A DNA stretch of 34,405 nt from Fusobacteriota bacterium. GTDB lineage: Bacteria > Fusobacteriota > Fusobacteriia > Fusobacteriales > JBNJFI01. Both the position numbers and the translations under genes were made by a program. Each line of letters begins with the position of its first letter. The stretch's first letter is position 1. Positions 28,649 to 34,405 of the stretch are shown in pieces. Location of the stretch: assembly GCA_051746725.1 (NCBI GenBank), contig JBNJFI010000011.1, forward strand, positions 1,255 through 35,659, given 5' to 3'. The notes under the pieces were generated by a model, which made no database searches, was not told the DNA's origin, and saw only the letters and a program-made list of their open reading frames with translations.

Positions 28649-29193
28649 TGCAAGTTGGGATTGCTGGATCAGGAGGAATAGGCAGTAATGTAGCTTATAA
28701 TCTTGTAAAAAGTGGTATAAAAGATATTATTTTAGTTGACTTTGATATTTTAGAATTTTCTAATCTTAATAGACAATTTTATTTTAAAGATCAGATTGGA
28801 GAATATAAAGTAAATTTATTAAAAAAAAATTTAGATCGAATATATGATGATCTTAATATTAAAACTTTTAACTTAAAATTAGACAAAAAAGATTGCCTTA
28901 AAATATTTAAAAATTGCGATGTCATAATAGAGGCCTTTGATAAATCTGAATATAAGAAAAATATTATGGAAGTATTTGGCAACAGCTCCAAACTTTTAGT
29001 TTCTGCATCTGGAATAGCAGGAAAAAATATTGAAAATATAAGAATAAAAAAACTTGGGAAAAATTCTTTTATTATAGGAGATTTTTTAAATGATGTTAAA
29101 GATAATCCTATTTATTTTCCAAAAATAAATATTATAGCCTCAATGATGGCAGATATAGCATTAAAATTCACGGAAAGGAATCAATATGAATAA
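28648..29193 (+). CDS. thiF: ThiS adenylyltransferase, short (family-2-like) ThiF
   Basis: 'GSGGIGS', 'VDFD', 'SNLNRQ', 'EAFD', 'ASG'; TAATG coupling to thiH. Confidence 0.9.
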   Translation: MQVGIAGSGGIGSNVAYNLVKSGIKDIILVDFDILEFSNLNRQFYFKDQIGEYKVNLLKKNLDRIYDDLNIKTFNLKLDKKDCLKIFKNCDVIIEAFDKSEYKKNIMEVFGNSSKLLVSASGIAGKNIENIRIKKLGKNSFIIGDFLNDVKDNPIYFPKINIIASMMADIALKFTERNQYE

Positions 29194-30217
29194 AATATAT
29201 AGAATTTTAGATGCCAACGTAAATAGAGTTTCTGAGGGAGTAAGAGTTCTAGAAGATATTTCAAGATTTTACTTTGAGAATAAAAAAATAACAGCAAATT
29301 TAAGAAATTTTAGACATGAAGTTCGAAATATTTTAGCGGCTTTTGATTATGAAATGATAAAAGTTCGAGATTCAGAACATGATATTGGAGTTAATATTTC
29401 TCAAAAAAGTAATCTTGATAAAAAAAGTAGTCTTAAAAATCTAATTTTTGCTAATTTTAAAAGAGTTACTGAAGGCCTTAGAGTTTTAGAAGAGAGTTTG
29501 AAAATTATTGATAAGTATACTCTTGGAAAAGAGATCGAAGCTTTAAGATATAAAGGATATTATATTGAAAAATCACTATTACAGCTTTTAAAACCTAAAA
29601 TACCTAAAGGATTATATGGAATAACTTCTGGAAATAGTTCCAATGAAAAAACTAATATAGAAGTTGTTGAGGACATGATTAAAGGCGGGATCAAAATAAT
29701 TCAGTATCGATCAAAAAATTCAAGTTTTAAGAAAAAATATGAAGAGTGCAAGGAAATCAGAAAGTTAACCAAAAAAGCAGGAGTAACTTTCATTATAAAT
29801 GATCATATAGACCTTGTACTTATCACAGATGCAGATGGAGTTCATCTAGGTCAAGATGATATTCCAGTAAGAGAAGCTAGAAATATTTTAGGCGATGATA
29901 AAATAATTGGTCTTTCTACTCATTCTGAAAAACAAGCCAAAAAAGCTTTGGAATTAAATGTAAATTATATTGGAGTAGGTCCTATATTTAAAACCCCTAC
30001 TAAAGAAAATTATGATCCAGTTGGATTTGAATATTTAGACTATGTTCAAAATAATATTAATATTCCGTATGTTGCTATAGGCGGAATAAATATATCTAAT
30101 CTCAAAGATGTAATCTCAAAAGGTGCCAAGAGAATTGCCATGGTTCGGGAGATTTCAGATGCAAAAGATATTTCACAAAAAATTAAAGAAGCAGAAAAAA
30201 TTATAAAAGGAGAGTAA
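29186..30217 (+). CDS. thiE: Thiamine-phosphate synthase with an N-terminal ThiD2 (HMP-P kinase) domain
   Basis: N-term '[19 protein letters not shown]...[15 protein letters not shown]'; C-term ThiE 'QYRSK', 'INDH', 'GVHLGQDD', 'GLSTHS', 'GPIFKTPTK', 'AIGGI'. Confidence 0.93.
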   Translation: MNKIYRILDANVNRVSEGVRVLEDISRFYFENKKITANLRNFRHEVRNILAAFDYEMIKVRDSEHDIGVNISQKSNLDKKSSLKNLIFANFKRVTEGLRVLEESLKIIDKYTLGKEIEALRYKGYYIEKSLLQLLKPKIPKGLYGITSGNSSNEKTNIEVVEDMIKGGIKIIQYRSKNSSFKKKYEECKEIRKLTKKAGVTFIINDHIDLVLITDADGVHLGQDDIPVREARNILGDDKIIGLSTHSEKQAKKALELNVNYIGVGPIFKTPTKENYDPVGFEYLDYVQNNINIPYVAIGGINISNLKDVISKGAKRIAMVREISDAKDISQKIKEAEKIIKGE

Positions 30218-30218
30218 A

Positions 30219-31502
30219 ATGAAATATACAACACAAATGGATGCAGCAAAAAAGGGGATTATAACTAAACAGATGAAAGAAGTTGCAAAAGATGAAAATT
30301 TAGAAATTAAAGAATTAATAAATAAGATGAAAAGTGGAAAAATAATAATTCCAGCTAATAAAAATCATAAAAATATCAGAGGAATTGGAATCGGCGAAGG
30401 TTTGAGAACAAAAGTAAATGTAAATTTAGGAGTTTCTGAAAATGTATATAATATCGATAACGAATTAGAAAAAGTAAGAAAAGCGATTGAATATAAAACT
30501 GATTCTATAATGGATTTAAGTACTTATGGAGCCACTAAGGATTTTAGAAAAAAACTTTTAAAAGAATCTGATGTAATGATCGGAACAGTTCCTATGTATG
30601 ACGCTGTTGCTAAATATGGGAAAAATATAGAAGATATAACAGTTGATAACTTTTTTGAAATAACACGTGAACATGCTAAAGATGGAATAGACTTTTTAAC
30701 TATACATGCTGGATTAAATTTAACTGCTGTTAAAAGAATAAAAAATTCCAATCGCCTAACAAATATCGTAAGTAGAGGAGGATCTATTTTATATGAGTGG
30801 ATGATAAAAAATAATCGAGAAAATCCATTTTATGAATACTTTGATAGATTATTAGATATCTGCGAAGAATTTGATGTTACTCTAAGCTTAGGAGATGGGC
30901 TTCGTCCTGGAAGTTTGCACGACTCTACCGATGCCCCTCAGATACAAGAGTTAATAATTTTAGGGGAGCTCACCAAAAAAGCATGGGAAAGAAATATTCA
31001 AGTTATGATTGAAGGTCCAGGACATGTTCCTATAAATGAAATAGAAACTAATGTTCAATTGGAAAAGAAATTATGCCATGGTGCACCATTTTATGTATTA
31101 GGACCTTTAGTTACAGATATTGCACCTGGATATGATCATATAACTTCTGCCATTGGTGGAGCTCTAGCAGCAAGTAGTGGAGTTGATTTTTTATGCTATG
31201 TAACCCCTGCAGAACATTTGAGATTACCTGATCTTGAAGATATGAAAGAGGGAATAATGGCTACTAGAATAGCTGCACATGCTGGTGATATAGGAAAAGG
31301 CATTCCAAATGCTATAAATTGGGATAATAGAATGAGTAAAGCCAGAAAAGAATTGGATTGGCCTAAAATGTTTAAATTAGCTATTGATAGTGAAAAGGCA
31401 AAAGAATATAAATTAGGAAATAATCAGGAGGATATTGAAGAGTGTACTATGTGCGGAGATTTATGCGCTGTTAAAAGGTACAATGATTTAGAGAGTATAT
31501 AA
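30219..31502 (+). CDS. thiC: Phosphomethylpyrimidine (HMP-P) synthase
   Basis: 'KVNVNLG', 'IMDLST', 'GTVPMY', 'VSRGGS', 'SLGDGLRPG', 'EGPGH', 'CYVTPAEHL', 'CTMCGDLC'. Confidence 0.97.
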   Translation: MKYTTQMDAAKKGIITKQMKEVAKDENLEIKELINKMKSGKIIIPANKNHKNIRGIGIGEGLRTKVNVNLGVSENVYNIDNELEKVRKAIEYKTDSIMDLSTYGATKDFRKKLLKESDVMIGTVPMYDAVAKYGKNIEDITVDNFFEITREHAKDGIDFLTIHAGLNLTAVKRIKNSNRLTNIVSRGGSILYEWMIKNNRENPFYEYFDRLLDICEEFDVTLSLGDGLRPGSLHDSTDAPQIQELIILGELTKKAWERNIQVMIEGPGHVPINEIETNVQLEKKLCHGAPFYVLGPLVTDIAPGYDHITSAIGGALAASSGVDFLCYVTPAEHLRLPDLEDMKEGIMATRIAAHAGDIGKGIPNAINWDNRMSKARKELDWPKMFKLAIDSEKAKEYKLGNNQEDIEECTMCGDLCAVKRYNDLESI

Positions 31503-31536
31503 TTAAACTATCTACACATAATCCAATTTTTTGAGT

Positions 31537-31580
31537 ATAGAAAAGCCACTAGTATGAGAATATACTAGTGGCTTTTCTAT
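31537..31580. terminator. Intrinsic terminator of the thi operon
   Basis: 19-bp perfect stem ATAGAAAAGCCACTAGTAT / ATACTAGTGGCTTTTCTAT with a 6-nt loop. Confidence 0.9.
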
Positions 31581-31716
31581 TATGTCATTTAAAGTATTTT
31601 CCAAGGTTAAATGATATATTAAGTCAGTGATATTTTTCAAAAAAGTTTAAATGAAATAAAAAAAATCTTCAGGGATAATAACAAATAGAAATGAGGTTTG
31701 ATATAAAAAAATCGAG

Positions 31717-31750
31717 TTGTCACTTATTTGCCACATTAGTGAAGTATAAT
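31717..31750 (+). promoter_or_regulatory. OmpR/PhoB-type direct-repeat box plus -10
   Basis: TTGTCAC-TTAT-TTGCCAC (11-bp phase), 10 nt, then TATAAT (31745-31750); no canonical -35. Confidence 0.65.
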
Positions 31751-31781
31751 GTATTTACATGAAGAGAGAGGAGAGGATAAA

Positions 31782-32678
31782 GTGAAAATTAAAGAGTTAT
31801 ATTTCAAATGGAATTGGGTATTAATGTTAGTTTTTTTGGCATTGTCGGTATTGGATTATAGATTTGGACTTATGGCAATATTATGTATTGTTCCAGCAGT
31901 GTATATGGCGGTAAAAACTAAAAATAAGACATTTTGTGCTTATTCATGTCCCAGAGGGAGCTTTTTAACTAAGATGTTGAAAAATATTCATCGAGATAAA
32001 AAGATTCCAAGGTTTATTTTTAGCGAAAAATTTAGAAATACCTTTTTTGTAATTATGTTTTCTCTGTTTGGGATGTCACTATTTAAAACAGATGGAAATC
32101 TAATGAAGGTGGGATTTGTATTTTTTAGATTTATAGCTTCAAGTACAGTTATAGGTCTAGTTTTGGGTTTTTTATATAAACCTAGAACTTGGTGTCAGGT
32201 GTGTCCACTTGGTCAAGGAACAAAATTAGTCGGTAAGTTGTCAGAAAATTTAGAAACTAAAACAGATAAAAAGGAGATGGTTGTGATGAAAAAAGTAATA
32301 GGAATAGGATTAGTAGTAGGAATATTAGCGAGTGGAGTAGTTTTAGCAGAAGATAGTGATTGGAAAGCAGGAACAGGTGTTATGAAAGATGGAGGTCAGG
32401 GGCAATATTTTGTGGATGAAAATAATGATGGAATAAATGATAACTTTATTGATGAAAATGGAGATGGGCTAAATGATGAACCTAGAGGACAAGGAAGAGG
32501 AATAGAAGATGGAACACGGGGAAACAGGAAAAACTCAGAAGATCGAGAAGATAATAGAGGAACTGGACAAGGTAGAAATTTTGAAAGTCGAGATGGGAAT
32601 AATGATTCTAGACGAGGAAATAAACAAGGAAGAGGACAAGGAGCAGGTAGAGGTTCAAATGGAAAAGGTAGAAGATAA
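31782..32678 (+). CDS. Membrane 4Fe-4S-binding-family protein (CxxxCP motifs) reading in frame into a downstream secreted protein
   Basis: GTG start after GGAGAGGA; 'FCAYSCPRGS', 'RTWCQVCPLG', about 4 TM. The domain ends near 32240 but there is no stop until 32678. Confidence 0.75.
   Translation: MKIKELYFKWNWVLMLVFLALSVLDYRFGLMAILCIVPAVYMAVKTKNKTFCAYSCPRGSFLTKMLKNIHRDKKIPRFIFSEKFRNTFFVIMFSLFGMSLFKTDGNLMKVGFVFFRFIASSTVIGLVLGFLYKPRTWCQVCPLGQGTKLVGKLSENLETKTDKKEMVVMKKVIGIGLVVGILASGVVLAEDSDWKAGTGVMKDGGQGQYFVDENNDGINDNFIDENGDGLNDEPRGQGRGIEDGTRGNRKNSEDREDNRGTGQGRNFESRDGNNDSRRGNKQGRGQGAGRGSNGKGRR
32286..32678 (+). CDS. Secreted acidic-repeat, Gly/Arg-rich protein (internal in-frame start)
   Basis: RBS AAGGAG at 32271-76, then MKKVIGIGLVVGILASGVVLA-EDS (signal peptide), two DxNxDGxND repeats and a low-complexity G/R/N tail. 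Confidence 0.72.
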   Translation: MKKVIGIGLVVGILASGVVLAEDSDWKAGTGVMKDGGQGQYFVDENNDGINDNFIDENGDGLNDEPRGQGRGIEDGTRGNRKNSEDREDNRGTGQGRNFESRDGNNDSRRGNKQGRGQGAGRGSNGKGRR

Positions 32679-32717
32679 TTATTTTACTAAATTTAATCAA
32701 AAAAGGAGATGAGACAG

Positions 32718-33362
32718 ATGAAGAAAATATTAAGTTTAGCTGTAATAAGTTTATTAATAACAGGAATTACATTTGCCAGGGGGAATAATCAAAGACAAGA
32801 TAATACATATTTAAATTCTATTTCTTCAGGTGAAATTTATGAGTTATCAGAAGAACAAAAAGAAGATTTAATCTTTTTATATCAAGAGGAACAGATGGCT
32901 AGAGATTTATACGAGTATTTTGCAGATAAATATGATGCTAGAAAATTTGACAATATAGCTAATTCAGAACAACAACATATGGATGCAGTAAGAGTTTTGT
33001 TGGAAAAATATAACTTAGAAGTTACGGATTTTGATCCTGGAGAGTATGAAAGTGAAGAGCTTAATAAGTTATATGCGGATTTAAAAGTTAAGGGAGATAT
33101 TTCCTATGAAGAAGCTTTAGAAGTTGGAGTAAAAGTAGAAGAAGTGGATATTAAGGATCTTGAAAATATGTTAAAAATTGCTAATCCTGATAGTAAAATA
33201 GTATTTGAAAATTTAAAAAGAGGAAGCGAAAATCATCTTAGTGCATTCAGTGGTAACAGAGGAAACAGTAGAGGAAATAAGGATAATAGAGTCAGTAAGA
33301 CAAGAAGAGGAACAAATAATGAGAATAACGGCTCAAGACAGAGAAGAAAAGCTAGAAATTAA
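32718..33362 (+). CDS. Secreted DUF2202 ferritin-like protein with a basic disordered tail
   Basis: Signal peptide MKKILSLAVISLLITGITFA; 'EEQMARDLY', 'FDNIANSEQQH', 'VEEVDIKDL', 'NLKRGSENHL'. ATG 32718 is 9 nt after AGGAG. Confidence 0.85.
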   Translation: MKKILSLAVISLLITGITFARGNNQRQDNTYLNSISSGEIYELSEEQKEDLIFLYQEEQMARDLYEYFADKYDARKFDNIANSEQQHMDAVRVLLEKYNLEVTDFDPGEYESEELNKLYADLKVKGDISYEEALEVGVKVEEVDIKDLENMLKIANPDSKIVFENLKRGSENHLSAFSGNRGNSRGNKDNRVSKTRRGTNNENNGSRQRRKARN

Positions 33363-33369
33363 AACTATA

Positions 33370-33408
33370 ATAAAAAGGACCAGTTTAAACAAAACGGGTC
33401 CTTTTTAT
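33370..33408. terminator. Intrinsic terminator after the DUF2202 gene
   Basis: ATAAAAAGGACC / GGTCCTTTTTAT inverted repeat. Confidence 0.85.
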
Positions 33409-33426
33409 ATTTATATAAAATTTGAT

Positions 33427-33455
33427 TTGACATATATATAATTATAGAGTATAGT
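33427..33455 (+). promoter_or_regulatory. sigma70-type promoter for the oxidoreductase
   Basis: TTGACA-N17-TATAGT. Confidence 0.65.
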
Positions 33456-33496
33456 TAATTAGAATGTGTATATGCAAATCAAGAAGGAGGGTTAGA

Positions 33497-34405
33497 ATGA
33501 AAAAATATGATGTCATAGTCATTGGAGGAAGTGCAGCTGGGTTAGTCACGGCAATGACTGGAAAGAAAAAATATCCCAATAAGAGCTTTTTAATAATTAG
33601 AAAAGAAGCAGAGGCAGTAGTACCTTGTGGAATTCCATATGTTTTTGGAACTTTGGATAGTATTGAAAAAGATATAATCCCTTTAGGTGGTGTCAAAAAA
33701 GCGGGAATAGATTTTAAACAAGGGGAAGTTGTAGATATAGAATCTGATAAAAAATCTATAAGGCTTTTAGAAGGAGAAGAATATGAGTATGATAAATTAG
33801 TAATGGCCATAGGTTCTACTCCTTATAAACCAAAATGGTTAAAAGGGAGTGAATTAGACAATGTGTTTACTATTCCAAAGGATAAAGAATATCTAGATAG
33901 GATAAAGAATAAACTTAATAATATCAAAAAAGTTGTAACAATTGGTGCTGGATTTATTGGAGTTGAAGTATCAGATGAATTAAATAAAATAAATAAAGAT
34001 GTCACCTTAGTGGAAGTATTGCCTAATATTTTAGGAAAGGTATTTGATAAGGAAATAGCAGAAATATCTGAGGAAATCTTAAAAGAACGTGGAGTGAAAA
34101 TTAAGACTGGTTCGGCAGTAAAAGAGATAATTGGAGAAAACGAAGTACAAGGAGTTTTACTGGAAAATGGAGATAAGATTGAGGCAGATGCAGTAGTTCT
34201 TTCTATGGGATATAGAGCTAATACTGAATTAGCCAAAAAAGCTGGTTTAGAATTGAATAGTTTTGGAGGGATAAAAGTAGATAATTATCTACGAACATCT
34301 AAAAAAGATATATTTGCAGTAGGTGATTGTGCAGCAAAAGTAGATTTTATTACTAGAGAACCTAGTCCAATAATGTTGGCATCAACTGCAGCTACAGAGG
34401 CAAGA
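33497..34405 (+). CDS. FAD-dependent pyridine nucleotide-disulfide oxidoreductase (CoA-disulfide reductase/NADH oxidase family), 3'-truncated by the window edge; absent from the ORF track
   Basis: RBS AAGGAGG; manual translation gives MKKYDVIVIGGSAAG...VVPCGIPY...YDKLVMAIGS...IGAGFIGVE...DIFAVGDC, open to the window end. Confidence 0.92.
   Translation, partial: MKKYDVIVIGGSAAGLVTAMTGKKKYPNKSFLIIRKEAEAVVPCGIPYVFGTLDSIEKDIIPLGGVKKAGIDFKQGEVVDIESDKKSIRLLEGEEYEYDKLVMAIGSTPYKPKWLKGSELDNVFTIPKDKEYLDRIKNKLNNIKKVVTIGAGFIGVEVSDELNKINKDVTLVEVLPNILGKVFDKEIAEISEEILKERGVKIKTGSAVKEIIGENEVQGVLLENGDKIEADAVVLSMGYRANTELAKKAGLELNSFGGIKVDNYLRTSKKDIFAVGDCAAKVDFITREPSPIMLASTAATEAR

Noticed and set aside
229..30751. 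Numerous 60-140 aa antisense or overlapping ORFs in the track (e.g. 229-450, 9249-9503, 9936-10358, 15346-15684, 22465-22776, 30524-30751)
   Set aside because: They lie largely opposite well-supported genes, have the F/S/I/L-rich composition typical of antisense frames, and show no motifs.
32509..33441. Alternative-frame ORFs 32509-32712 and 33241-33441
   Set aside because: They arise from T-poor, purine-rich low-complexity coding DNA; they have no RBS, and the second crosses a terminator.
33442..34236. Minus-strand ORFs 33442-33810 and 33823-34236
   Set aside because: They are antisense shadows of the plus-strand oxidoreductase starting at 33497.
1..34405. Prophage, IS, toxin-antitoxin or defence island
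   Set aside because: No integrase, transposase, phage structural or recognisable defence genes were found, and composition looks uniform apart from the REP-containing spacer.

Overview
This 34.4 kb window is very AT-rich bacterial chromosomal DNA with all but one gene on the + strand. The gene content suggests a diderm anaerobe (outer-membrane barrel and LolA-like proteins, ThiH, a radical CoA-dehydratase activator); Fusobacteriota- or Halanaerobiales-like is a guess only. Left to right it contains: (1) the end of an MMPL/RND + LolA-like + OM-barrel + 4Fe-4S + VTT/DedA operon; (2) a convergent ~1434-aa fused 2-hydroxyacyl-CoA dehydratase activator; (3) a dCache chemoreceptor and a ROK kinase-ppx-ppk1 operon, each preceded by 11-bp-phased TT(T/A)AC(A/T) repeats resembling PhoP boxes; (4) DUF429 and MATE genes; (5) three tandem paralogous HK-REC-REC hybrid kinases with different sensor domains, a duplicated 45-bp leader and a structured, REP-containing spacer; (6) a TPP-riboswitch-controlled thiSGHF-(thiD2)thiE-thiC operon; (7) an OmpR/PhoB-box-preceded unit with an in-frame nested or fused gene pair and a secreted DUF2202 protein; (8) a CoA-disulfide reductase/NADH oxidase-like gene missing from the ORF track that runs off the right edge. 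No CRISPR array, rRNA, tRNA, integrase or transposase was seen. The most promising candidate for a new system is a phosphate-starvation module linking an amino-acid-type chemoreceptor, a ROK kinase, a catalytically degenerate Ppx and Ppk1.
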